Source of the DNA: Eukaryota sp. TZLM1-RC
Taxonomy: Eukaryota; Protista; Metamonada: BaSk clade
Reading direction: 5' to 3'
Assembly (NCBI GenBank): GCA_040285825.1
Contig: JAUPSS010000001.1
Span: 3,472,001-3,536,000, forward strand
Length of the DNA stretch: 64,000 nt
In this document: positions 23,037 through 35,818 of the stretch, in pieces
How positions within the stretch are numbered: position 1 is the first letter of the stretch
Layout of the letters: each line of letters begins with the position of its first letter
Program-made: the position numbers and the translations under genes
Notes under the pieces: generated by a model
What the model was told of the DNA's origin: nothing
What the model saw: only the letters and a program-made list of their open reading frames with translations
Database searches by the model: none

Positions 23037-26000
23037 TTTTTTTTTCTCCCTCCCTTAGTCAACCCTCTCATATTTCACTTTCTGTCACGGCGTCAAAGTC
23101 GTACTGTGTCTTTGCCAAAACGATGCCAGTGACTGACAGTGACTCTGATACTGATTGGAATGCCCAAGCAAAGATTCTACCCATCAGATCAAACTCATCC
23201 CCTTCACTTCTCCACTCTCCCCACCCTTCAAGCTATGCTCGAAATTCTTCTCAAAAAAATTTGAAAATTTTTAAAAAAGACTTTTTGCCTTTGTGTGATG
23301 CCCCTGATATTACGCCTGAAAAAGTGCAAAAAAGAAGACATACCTGTTCCAAATGTGGCAAGGTTGGTCATAACATTAGAAAATGTCCTGATATTATTAC
23401 CGAAAAAATGAGACTGAAAACCAATATTTCTATTGTTAATAGTTTGCAAACGCCATCCGAACTAAATCTTCCTCCTGTTCCCAATGTTTCTGCTGATGAT
23501 GTTAATTATGATTTAAATATTGATCAAACTCATTTACCAAAAACTGTTGCTCCTGATCCTACGGATAATGTCTTGAAACATAGTTGTCCTTTTTGCAAAA
23601 AGTTCCTCTCTAATTCTTCTAATGGTCGCCCTCTATTGTTTTGTTTTGACTGTCAAACAAGTGATTCTCTTCGTACACCTGTTAAAATTCCTGTAGAGGT
23701 GAGTCCTGCCAGTTCTGTTCCTTTGTCAATGGAAATGCGTTCTTTTTCTTCGCAATTGAAATTAAACAAATGGAACATAACAAGATTTTGGAAATTCTTT
23801 GCCAAAAAGAATAAGAAGAAAAATTAATTACAAACCAAAACAGAGAAAAGCTAATTCATCTTTTCAAGCAAAAAATTGTTTTTGAGAGGTAGATATGGAA
23901 GCGGATTAAAAAATATTTTTTCGGGAAAACTGGCTGATACCAATCTCGAAACTGTTGAAAAATTGGAATCCCTCCATCCAACTGAACATTTTTGCCCCAG
24001 TAAGCCTTCTATTTGTCAATATTGGCTCGAAAATCCATTTCAGGCTCACGAAGTATTGAATGCCGTTGCTAAATTACCAAAAGGAAAAGCTGCTGGTCCT
24101 TCAGGCATTTCCTTTGATTTGTTAAAAACTGCCTGTAAAAATGCTCCTGAAATTGTTGAGGATCTTGCTTCCTATTTTCAAAATTTAATGTGTTTAAATT
24201 ATGTTCCTCCGCCTGAATTGACTGCTGCCCGTTTAGTTGCTTTAGTTAAACCTGGTAAAGGTGACAAACCTGATGGAGTTAGACCAATTGCTATTGGAGA
24301 GTCATTAACCAGATTGCTTTCTTCGCTTATTTTTAACAGAATTTCTACTAAAGCAAGGGACTATTTGAAGCCTTTCCAATTTGGTATAAAAACTGTTGAA
24401 GGTGCTTCTGTTGCTTCAATGACTTCAGATGTTTTTTTCAATAGTCAACAGCATCAATATATTTTCAATTTGGATTTCAAAAATGCTTTCAATTCTGTGA
24501 AACGTAATTGTATTTTTGATGTCCTTCTTCATGATTTTCCTGAACTTACTGCATATTTTTATTTATTTTATGGAAAAAAATCAGACTTAATTTTTGACTC
24601 CTTTACCCTTGAATCTTCTTCTGGTGTGAAACAAGGTGATCCTCTAGGCCCTTTGCTGTTTTGTTTGGCTATTCATAATATTATTAAAATGACACAACAA
24701 GATTTCCCTGATTTGCGTATTGTTGCCTATATGGATGACATTTCTATTATTGGTTCTTTTGAAAGCATTTCTAGGGTTTCTGAAGACATTGCGGCGAAAT
24801 ACAAAGAAATTGGTTTAGCTTTGAACCCATCTAAATGTCTCTTGATTGGTAGAGAAAAACAATCTTTGATGATTGGTGGAGCTCAGATTCCTTTTATCAA
24901 TTATGACCATCAAGCTTTTAAGTTTCTTGGATGTTGGCTTGGCAATTTGGATGAAATTTATTCCCAGTTAAACAATTTATTGGAGAAGTTTGACAAGGAT
25001 CTTAGTTTTATTGCTGAATGTGACATTGAGAAACACATCAAATTTTTTATTTTAAAAATTTGTTATTCTGGAAAATTCACTCATATTTTAAGGTCAACTC
25101 CCCTTCGGTATCTCTCAATTTTTGCAGATCTTTTAACAAACTTCGAGTCAAATTTTTTTCTTCTTTATTAGAAGTAAATGAATCTTTAATTCGAAGTCAT
25201 GTATTTTGTTCAGCAGATTTGGGTGGAATTGGATTCACCAAATCTTCGATTCTGTGTAAAGCAGCATTTTTGGGAGGTGGTAAAAATTTTGTTTTTGAAT
25301 TTTTCCAAAGGTTCCCTTTTGATGTTCATCTGATCAATGGTGAATCAAATTTTTACTTGAATCAACTGCAATTTGAATTAGAAAATTTGCCTAGTGATAT
25401 CTGGATTCAGTGTTTTCCTCAAAATGTTCAAGAAATTCCCACTCGATCACTTCCAAATTTACGTTTTTGCTTGAAAAAGCTTCAGCACCATCTGGTTAAA
25501 TTATATGAAGGCTTGGATTATGAAGTAAGACTTGGCTTGGCCAAAACTAAAAATCCCGCTTTCGGTAATTTTTTAAAGGATATTCGTCATAGTTCAGCTG
25601 CTGCTTTAGTAAATCAAGTTCCCTCTGTTTATGGACTTTTGTTAAAAGACAATGAATGGCTTCTAAACATGCGTTTTCGTTGTTTTCTGTGGCCAAACAA
25701 TTTGCCCAATCATTTAACTTGTAAATGTGGTAAACCTCTTTTGTTTACTCATCTTTTGAACTGTAAACATTTCATTACGTTTAGAAGCAAAGTGCATAAT
25801 AACGTCAGGGACCAAATTTATGTAATGTGCAAATCATATCGTGTAGATTCCTTTTTAGAACCGCTGTTATCAAAATTAATTCTTGATGATCCCAATATTG
25901 ATAGTACGCGTTACAACAGAGCTTCTATGGGTCTGACTAGAGGTGATCTAGTTGTTCCTGGTTTAAATGGTAGTTTTACTATTTTGGACGCCATGTCTAT

Positions 26001-26449
26001 TGACCCTTGTAATTCCTCTAACGAACATTTCATTAACTCGGATGTAAATAATCCTCTTCTTGCAGGCGAAAAATATAAAATTGCTAAATATGCGAAACCC
26101 ATTTCCTCGGTTAATGAAAATTCTCATGCCCAATATAAATTTATGTCCATTTGTTTTTTCTTTGCTTGGATCTCTAGGTAAGGCTGCTATGGCTTTCCTT
26201 GAGGATTTTGTTGTAGTTGTAAAGGAAAGAACTGGAAGAATTTTCAATCGTGTTTACTGGCAAAACAGGATTGTATTTTCTATTTTTAAGGGAATGGTAA
26301 CACTAATTTCTGATTCACTATCTTCTTTTGGGAAATTTTCTGAATCTTTAGCGATTAATTGTTTTGATGTAGGGGAGGCAGGTTTTGAGGATGTGGAGTT
26401 TTAATTGTGTATTTCATATTTGTTGTTGAATAAAAAGTTTTAGAAAAAA
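23037..26449 (+). mobile_element. Full-length family B element B2 (~3.41 kb) nested in D
   Basis: Flanked by TSD aaaatgtaaa (23027-23036, 26450-26459); T9-CTCCCTCCC 5' end; A tail. Confidence 0.94.
23123..26404 (+). CDS. Family B polyprotein (~1090 aa bridged): CCHC knuckle, C4 finger, RT, CCHC, RLE
   Basis: CSKCGKVGHNIRKC; CPFC..CFDC; GVRPIAIGE; QGDPLGP; YMDD; CKC..HLLNC; HNNVRD; RGDL..LDA..K.AKY. Confidence 0.9.
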
Positions 26450-29433
26450 AAAATGTAAAAGAAAATTTATTAGAAGGAAAGAGTCTAAGGTAGAACCCAT
26501 AAATAATGCTCCACAAGTTGTTGCAAAACCAGTTAGCAATCGATTGAAGCACAAAACTTGCAACACTTGTGGTATTTCTTTTAGAAAAAATGCAAAAGGA
26601 AAAACTTCTGATCGCTGCTTGAAATGCCGCATAGTTGATAACTACCATCCTCCTATAAGAATACCTCAAGAAATTCATCCGACCAAATGCAATGAATTTG
26701 CTTTCGTTTTTCAAAGATTTTTGGATCAATTATGTAAAGGAAAGTATGCTATCAATATTATTTGGGAATTTTTTGGTTCTTTTTGTCCTCCTTTTGAACA
26801 AAATTTTGTTAATATTTCCGAAGATTTAACCAATATAGCACCGAGAAATCAGTCATCCGAGAAATTAAGTAAAATTTTTGAAGACAAATGCTTTGACAAC
26901 AAATGGTCTAAGGCTTTGTCAGCTTTAAGTCCCGGAGTCAAAGCACCGAACAATGAAAATACAGTAGATAAACTGAAAATACTTCATCCTTATGAAGACC
27001 CTGTTATGGATCAAAATTTTTACGGCACATACTGGGAAAATTATCCATTGATGCCATCAGAAGTTTTTTCGGTTATCAAAAAGAGACCTCGTGGTAAGTC
27101 TGCCGGACTTTCTGGTATTACTATTGATCATGTAAAAGCCGCGATTATTTCTTCAGAAGATTGCCTTGGTTTATTGACCAAATTTTTCAACCAAATATTA
27201 TCTGGTCAACGCAAGTACCCAGAAGAATTAAGAAGTTCTCGTTTGACTGCACTTGTCAAAAATTCAAAAATGGATGTTCGTCCTATTGCAGTCTCTGAGA
27301 GCTTACATAATATTTTTTTCTGCGTGTTGCTTAAGCAGGTTCAATGAAAAAGCTAAAAAGATTTTATTACCCTTTCAATATGGTATAAATACTACAGATG
27401 GAGTCTCTTCAGCGATTTTTGCTACTGATGTCTTATTTCGTCAAAATGAATCCAATGTTTGCATGTCATTGGATTTTTAGTAATGCTTTCAATTCGCTAA
27501 GTCGTCGCAGTATCCATGGTGCTCTATTGCAATATATGCCAGAATTAATACCATATTTTCAATCAACATATTGCACATATTCTAATTTACATTTTGGTAA
27601 CAACATTTTGATTTCATCAAGTGGCGTAAAGCAAGGAGATCCGTTAGGACCTCTTTTGTTTTGTTTGGCCATTCATCCTATTCTACTGCAAATTCAAGAG
27701 ATGTTTCCTTCACTAAAAATGATTGCATATATGGATGATGTTGTGCTTATTGGTGAATTAAATATTGTGAAAAAAAGCAACTGTATGTTTTAAAGAATTA
27801 TTTACCAAAATTGGTCTCCGACTTAATTTACTTAAATGTGTTTTGTTATCGAATTCTCCAGTTTCCACAATAATTGATGATATTGAAATTCAAGCCAAAT
27901 TATATTCAATTGATGCTATTCGTCATTTGGGTTCGTTTTTAGGAAATAATGATGAAATTACCAAAAAAATTGTTTGAAAAGTTGAACTCAATTTCTGACA
28001 AAATTGACCGAATGATGAATTTAGATATAAAAAAACACATCAAATTTACCATTATAAGACTGTGTTTTAGTTCCAATTTTAATCATATATTTCGATCTAC
28101 AAATCCTCTCGTCACTAGACCTTTGGCTCAAAAAGTTTAATGAGTTACGTGCAAAAGTTCTGTCTCAATTACTGGGATGTAAAATGTTTCAAATTCCAGA
28201 TCATGCTTACCTTAGTCCACAATATGGTGGTTTAGGGTGGACGAAGGCTTCTATTCTTACCTCGTGTGCTTTTTGTTGGTGGATGCAGAAATGCAATCTT
28301 TGAGTTCTCCGAAAGATTTGCAGATTGGGAAGATTTATTGATGACAACGCAAAGTTCCACTGTTTTTGCATTAAATGAAGAAATTTCAAGAATTGATGTA
28401 GAAAAATGGGGTCGATGTTTTCCCCAATCATTCAATGGCAATATTCCAGAAAAAATGTTTTAAATTTGAAGTACACTCTTCGAACATTACAGAAAAGATT
28501 GACTGGAATGTATGAAAAAGATCTTTATAATAATATTTGCAGCTCGGCTGTTTTAAATCAAGATCTTCACTCATTGTTATTGGAAAAGGGTGTTTGTGAA
28601 AACAAGGTGTCAGATTCTTCACTTTTGTAACCATTGTACCACGAAGATTTGGATTGTGTGCTACTAATGAAGCATTTGTAACAAAAATGAGATTATATTT
28701 GAACATCCCCATTAACCAATTATTATCAAAAGAAAAATGTATTTGTTCGAATTCACCTCAACTCACTTTGCGCCATGCTCTAAATTGCTCTAAATTGATA
28801 ACTTATCGTTCTTCATTACATGATGCTGTTAGAGACACTGTTTTCAATATGGCACAAACTGCAAGGATATCGTGTATCAAAGAGCCCCTGCTGAAAGAAA
28901 CACTTTCTCTGAATAATTTTAGTTCTGATGATAGAGGTGATGTATACTGTGATTGGATTGATAATTCTGAAGCTATTGTTGACTTTGTCTCATGTAATGT
29001 TGCAAACGATACTTTGGTTCACAGAAGAAAACTTAATCCTGTGGCTGCTCTGGATTTTTAAAGCAAAAGAAAAACATAGAAAATATGATAAAGAAATTGA
29101 AGATGCAAATATCGATAGAAATACACAGCTGGTTTTTATTGCTTTTCCATTTTCGATAAATGGAAGATTATCAGTTGAAGCAGAAACTTTTTTGGATGAC
29201 TTCCAAAAAATGGTGAAAGAAAAAACAATGAAAAGATTTGATATTTTTTTATGGCGTTCACGGATTCAATTTGCCATTATTAATAGATTACCGCGGTTTT
29301 TCAATCGAATTAGAGAAGCTTTAGCTAGACAGCAAGCAAATCAAGATTTTGTAGAGGAAATCTTGGTTTAATGATAGTCGTCCCATTAGTTATGATTTAA
29401 TTTAATCAAGTGTGCAAATTCAATAAATTAATA
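26450..29433 (+). mobile_element. Family D element, 3' part (C4 finger, RT, RLE, 3' UTR)
   Basis: Frame continues from TKCK into RKFIRR..CNTC..CLKC; DVRPIAVSE; QGDPLGP; YMDD; HDAVRD; RGDV; stop at ~29370. Confidence 0.9.
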
Positions 29434-30504
29434 AAAATTTGCCTAGTGATATCTGGATTCAGTGTTTTCCTCAAAATGTTCAAGAAATTCCCACTCGATC
29501 ACTTCCAAATTTACGTTTTTGCTTGAAAAAGCTTCAGCACCATCTGGTTAAATTATATGAAGGCTTGGATTATGAAGTAAGACTTGGCTTGGCCAAAACT
29601 AAAAATCCCGCTTTCGGTAATTTTTTAAAGGATATTCGTGATAGTTCTGCTGCTGCTTTAGTAACTCAAGTTCCCTCTGTTTATGGACTTTTGTTAAAAG
29701 ACAATGAATGGCTTCTAAACATGCGTTTTCGTTGTTTTTTGTGGCCAAACAATTTGCCCAATCATTTAACTTGTAAATGTGGTAAACCTCTTTTGTTTAC
29801 TCATCTTTTGAACTGTAAACATTTCATTACGTTTAGAAGCAAAGTGCATAATAACGTCAGGGACCAAATTTATGTAATGTGCAAATCATATCGTGTAGAT
29901 TCCTTTTTAGAACCGCTGTTATCAAAATTAATTCTTGATGATCCCAATATTGATAGTACGCGTTACAACAGAGCTTCTATGGGTCTGACTAGAGGTGATC
30001 TAGTTGTTCCTGGTTTAAATGGTAGTTTTACTATTTTGGACGCCATGTCTATTGACCCTTGTAATTCCTCTAACGAACATTTCATTAACTCGGATGTAAA
30101 TAATCCTCTTCTTGCAGGCGAAAAATTTAAAATTGCTAAATATGCGAAACCCATTTCCTCGGTTAATGAAAATTCTCATGCCCAATATAATTTATGTCCA
30201 TTTGTTTTTTCTTTGCTTGGATCTCTAGGTAAGGCTGCTATGGCTTTCCTTGAGGATTTTGTTGTAGTTGTAAAGGAAAGAACTGGAAGAATTTTCAATC
30301 GTGTTTACTGGAAAAACAGGATTGTATTTTCTATTTTTAAGGGAATGGTAACACTAATTTCTGATTCACTATCTTCTTTTGGGAAATTTTCTGAATCTTT
30401 AGCGATTAATTGTTTTGATGTAGGGGAGGCAGGTTTTGAGGATGTGGAGTTTTAATTGTGTATTTCATATTTGTTGTGGAATAAAAATAAATATCTTAAA
30501 AAGA
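29434..30504 (+). mobile_element. Family B copy B1, 3' part
   Basis: Resumes aaaattt|gcctagtgat as in B2 (25382-25398); ORF 29439-30455. Confidence 0.92.
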
Positions 30505-33011
30505 AAAACTGTAAATTAAATAGAGATCGGTTTGGAATTTCTTGAATTGATTGAGGAAAGCATTTGGTCCAAATTTGTGGCGGTAATTTTTCAAGTTCAC
30601 AAGATAACTCATACAAATAGGGACTACAATTGGGGACTAACAGATGGGAATCATCAGGAAATCTACGAGAAAATTCATAAATAAAATTTTTGCCACCACC
30701 CAAGAATGCTGATTGACACAAAATTGAAGATTTAGTAAATCCAATACCCCCAAATTTGCTGAAGAAAATAAATGGCTTTTCAACATTCCTGGTTCTACAT
30801 CCAATAAATCAGCAAAAATTCTGTTCTCAATGAATTAAAAGAACGACAAAAATCTAATGCTATGGAAGGAGCACAAGATCTCAAAATGTGGGTTATTCTC
30901 CCAGTGTAGCAAATTTTAAGCATAAAAAATTTAATATGCTTTTCTATATCTAAAGAAGAAATTGAATCAAGTTCAATTTTCATTTTTTTCAAAATAACTT
31001 GCAATTCATTCTGAATTTGAGGCACATTTCCTAACCAACAACCAAGGAACTTAAAAGCATCACTACTATAATTAGTAAAAGGGACAATAGAATCGTTTAT
31101 CACGAGGTCTTGAGCAGAAGAGCCAATCAGAAGGCATTTGCTGGCATTAAGATGAAGCCCAATATTTTCATATGAATCGGCAATTTCTTGAGCAACCAAT
31201 TCTAGTAAATCAAATGAACCAATCAAGGATGTATCATCCATATAAGCAACTATTTTTATAGAAGGGTATTTTTGCTTAATGATATTTAAAGTTTTGTGAA
31301 TAGCTAAACAAAACAATAATGGGCCTAAAGGATCTCCCTGCTTCACTCCAGAAGATGATTTAAGACCAAATGAATTAAAAATTAAATCTGATTCTTTCCC
31401 ATAAAAATGGTAGAAAAAACTCGATAGCTCAGGAAAATCAGATTTAATAACTTCAAAAATTGCTTCTCGCTTTACAGAATTAAAAGCATTTTTAAAGTCG
31501 AGATTAAAAATAAAATTATTTTCCTCTGCATTAAAAAAGGTATCAGAGGCAATAGCAGCAACAGAAGCACCATCAATTGTTTTGATTCCAAATTGATGAG
31601 GATTCAAAAATGTAGAAGCTTTGTCTTTGACACGATCGAAGACAATTGATGCTAGCAAACGAGAAAGAGATTCACCAACAGCAATTGGGCGTATTCCATC
31701 AGGTTTGATTCCGTTTCCAGGCTTTACTAAAGCAATCAGACGTGCTGCGAGTAATTCAAATTTTTTTTTTAAAATTTAATTTTATTCTAAACCTATAAAT
31801 CAACATCTAAAAAATCCATCTCTCCCAAAACAAAAACACTAGATGCAACTCTCTCATAGTGAGATCCAAGAGAAAGCAAAGCATCAGAAACCATCTTCAA
31901 CATCCCCTTAAAAATAGAGAACACAATTCTATTTTGCCAAAACAATCTGTTGAAATTTCTGCCAGTTCTTCTCTTTACAATCATTTCAAAATCATCCAAA
32001 AAACGTAAAGCAGTTGGTGCAAGTGAACCAAAAAGGGAAAATACAAATGGATACAAATTGTATTTTGCATGCTGTAGACTGGCCAATTTGGACAAAGGTT
32101 CATTGTATTTTTGAATTTAAAATTTTCAGCATTTGAAAGGGGATTATGAATTTCAGAATTAACAAGCCTTTCATTTGAGGCATTACAAGGATCAACAGAC
32201 ATTACATCCAATAAAATGAAGCTTCCATCTAATCCAGGTAATATGACATCACCTCTATTATTCTTATGAAAATCATTTTCAGCATCAAACAGATTTGACA
32301 ACAAAGGTTCCAAGAAGGATTCAATTCTATGAGATTTACACATACAATATAACTGGTCTCTTACAGCATCATGAACCTTGCTTCTAAAAGTAATAAAATG
32401 TTTACAATTTAACAAATGAGTAGTTGTAATTTCTCGAGAACATTTACAAATTAAATTATGAGGTAAATTATCAGGCCAGATAAAGGAACGAAATCTCATA
32501 TTCAGAGTCCAAGCAGAATCGGATAAGAGAGTACCATAAACTTGTGGAATTGTTGTTACTAAGGCAGAAGAAGTACTGTCACACATATCTTGTAAAAGAT
32601 TTGCAAAAGCGGGATTCTTTTTCTTGGCCAAGCCAAGTCTAACATCAAAATCCAAGCTTTCAAAAATCTTTGACAATTTTTGTTGAAGCTTTTTACAGCA
32701 AAACTGTAAATTAAATAGAGATCGGTTTGGAATTTCTTGAATTGATTGAGGAAAACATTTGGTCCAAATTTGTGGCGGTAATTTTTCAAGTTCACAAGAT
32801 AACTCATACAAATAGGGACTACAATTGGGGACTAACAGTAATTCAAATGGAGGATTAATTTTCAAAACAATCAATTGTTGAAAATAGTGGGCTAGATCAT
32901 CAGCAATTTCGGGAGCACTGGAACACGCTATTTTTAACAGATCAAAAGAAATTCCAGATGGGCCTGCTGCTTTCCCCTTTGGCAATTTTTGAATAGCTTT
33001 AAGAACTTCAA
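30505..33011 (-). mobile_element. Internal part of a family A copy, interrupted by nested A at 31762-32836
   Basis: ORF 30795-31658 (RT); continuous across TSD agtaattcaaat (31750-31761, 32837-32848). Confidence 0.88.
31762..32836 (-). mobile_element. 5'-truncated family A copy nested in A in the same orientation
   Basis: Own A tail at 31762; 12-bp TSD. Confidence 0.9.
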
Positions 33012-35027
33012 TTTTTTTTTAATAATTTTAATTTTATTCTAAACCTATAAATCAACATCTAAAAAATCCATCTCTCCCAAAACAAAAACACTAGATGCAA
33101 CTCTCTCATAGTGAGATCCAAGAGAAAGCAAAGCATCGGAAACCATCTTCAACATCCCCTTAAAAATAGAAAACACAATTCTATTTTGCCAAAACAATCT
33201 GTTGAAATTTCTGCCAGTTCTTCTCTTTACAATCATTTCAAAATCATCCAAAAACGTAAAGCAGTTGGTGCAAGTGAACCAAAAAGGGAAAATACAAATG
33301 GATACAAATTGTATTTTGCATGCTGTAGACTGGCCAATTTGGACAAAGGTTCATTGTATTTTTTGAATTTAAAATTTTCAGCATTTGAAAGGGGATTATG
33401 AATTTCAGAATTAACAAGCCTTTCATTTGAGGCATTACAAGGATCAACAGACATTACATCCAATAAAATGAAGCTTCCATCTAATCCAGGTAATATGACA
33501 TCACCTCTATTATTCTTATGAAAATCAATTTCAGCATCAAACAGATTTGACAACAAAGGTTCCAAGAAGGATTCAATTCTATGAGATTTACACATACAAT
33601 ATAACTGGTCTCTTACAGCATCATGAACCTTGCTTCTAAAAGTAATAAAATGTTTACAATTTAACAAATGAGTAGTTGTAATTTCTCGAGAACATTTACA
33701 AATTAAATTATGAGGTAAATTATCAGGCCAGATAAAGGACCGAAATCTCATATTCAGAGTCCAAGCAGAATTGGATAAGAGAGTACCATAAACTTGTGGA
33801 ATTGTTGTTACTAAGGCAGAAGAAGTACTGTCACACATATCTTGTAAAAGATTTGCAAAAGCGGGATTCTTTTTCTTGGCCAAGCCAAGTCTAACATCAA
33901 AATCCAAGCTTTCAAAAATCTTTGACAATTTTTGTTGAAGCTTTTTACAGCAAAACTGTAAATTAAATAGAGATCGGTTTGGAATTTCTTGAATTGATTG
34001 AGGAAAACATTTGGTCCAAATTTGTGGTGGTAATTTTTCAAGTTCACAAGATAACTCATACAAATAAGGACTGCAATTGGGAACTAACAGATGAGAATCA
34101 TCAGGAAATCTACGAGAAAATTCATAAATAAAATTTTTGCCACCACCCAAGAATGCTGATTGACACAAAATTGAAGATTTAGTAAATCCAATACCACCCA
34201 AATTTGCTGAAGAAAATAAGTGACTTTTCAACATTCCTGGTTCTACATCCAATAAATCAGCAAAAAATTCTGTTCTCAATGAATTAAAAGAACGACAAAA
34301 ATCTAATGCTATGGAAGGAGCACAAGATCTCAAAATGTGGGTTATTCTCCCAGTGTAGCAAATTTTAAGCATGAAAAATTTAATATGTTTTTCTATATCT
34401 AAAGAAGAAATTGAATCAAGTTCAATTTTCATTTTTTCCAAAATAACTTGTAATTCATTCTGAATTTGATGCACATTTCCTAACCAACAACCAAGGAACT
34501 TAAAAGCATCACTACTATAATTAGTAAAAGGGACAATAGAATCGTTTATCACGAGGTCTTGAGCAGAAGAGCCAATCAGAAGGCATTTGCTGGCATTAAG
34601 ATGAAGCCCAATATTTTCATATGAATCGGCAATTTCTTGAGCAACCAATTCTAGTAAATCAAATGAACCAATCAAGGATATATCATCCATATAAGCAACT
34701 ATTTTTATAGAAGGGTATTTTTGCTTAATGATATTTAAAGTTTTGTGAATAGCTAAACAAAAACAATAATGGGCCTAAAGGATCTCCCTGCTTCACTCCA
34801 GAAGATGATTTAAGACCAAATGAATTAAAAATTAAATCTGATTCTTTCCCATAAAAATGGTAGAAAAAAACTCGATAGCTCAGGAAAATCAGATTTAATA
34901 ACTTCAAAAATTGCTTCTCGCTTTACAGAATTAAAAGCATTTTTAAAAGTCGAGATTAAAAATAAAATTATTTTCCTCTGCATTAAAAAGGTATCAGAGG
35001 CAATAGCAGCAACAGAAGCACCATCAA
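33012..35027 (-). mobile_element. 5'-truncated family A copy
   Basis: Tail at 33012; ORF 33233-34690; ends at head-to-head junction tcaa (35024-35027). Confidence 0.9.
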
Positions 35028-35557
35028 ATCTGTTTGATGCTGAAAATGATTTTCATAAGAATAATAGAGGTGATGTCATATTACCTGGATTAGATGGAAG
35101 CTTCATTTTATTGGATGTAATGTCTGTTGATCCTTGTAATGCCTCAAATGAAAGGCTTGTTAATTCTGAAATTCATAATCCCCTTTCAAATGCTGAAAAT
35201 TTTAAATTCAAAAAATACAATGAACCTTTGTCCAAATTGGCCAGTCTACAGCATGCAAAATACAATTTGTATCCATTTGTATTTTCCCTTTGTGGTTCAC
35301 TAGCACCAACTGCTTTACGTTTTTTGGATGATTTTGAATTGATTGTAAAGAGAAGAACTGGCAGAAATTTCAACAGATTGTTTTGGCACAATAGAATTGT
35401 GTTTTCTATTTTTAAGGGGATGTTGAAGATGGTTTCTGATGCTTTGCTTTCTCTTGGATCTCACTATGAGAGAGTTGCATCTAGTGTTTTTGTTTTGGGA
35501 GAGATGGATTTTTTAGATGTCGATTTATAGGTTTTGAATAAAATTAAATTTAAAAAA
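35024..35557 (+). mobile_element. 3' fragment of family A with tail; repeated at 37831-38361
   Basis: ORF 35111-35530; shared variants SLCG and DFEL. Confidence 0.9.
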
Positions 35558-35818
35558 AAAGACGGGATTATTAATCTTAGTCACACTAAGTCGTTTAGAA
35601 AAATCCAGGTCTTCAAAACGAATAAGAACAGACTTCTGTAATTTCACAACAGCAAGATGAAGGTTGGTGAAAGATCTCGAAGGCACAGCAGGCAAACTTG
35701 AAGGAAAACTCCTATTCCAAATATCAACAGGTAGTTCTTGCACCATTTTTTCAAGAGAAATTAATAACGGATGTGATTCATTTAAAGGAATATGATCAAA
35801 ACGAAGTTTCCATTCAAA
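35558..35818 (-). mobile_element. Middle fragment of family C; repeated at 38362-38623
   Basis: Matches 898-1157; begins aaagacgggatt, ends tccattcaaa. Confidence 0.88.

Noticed and set aside
31981-32985. 334-aa ORF resembling an RT-less (spliced or non-autonomous) element
   Set aside because: In-frame by-product of A nested in A; the 12-bp TSD explains it
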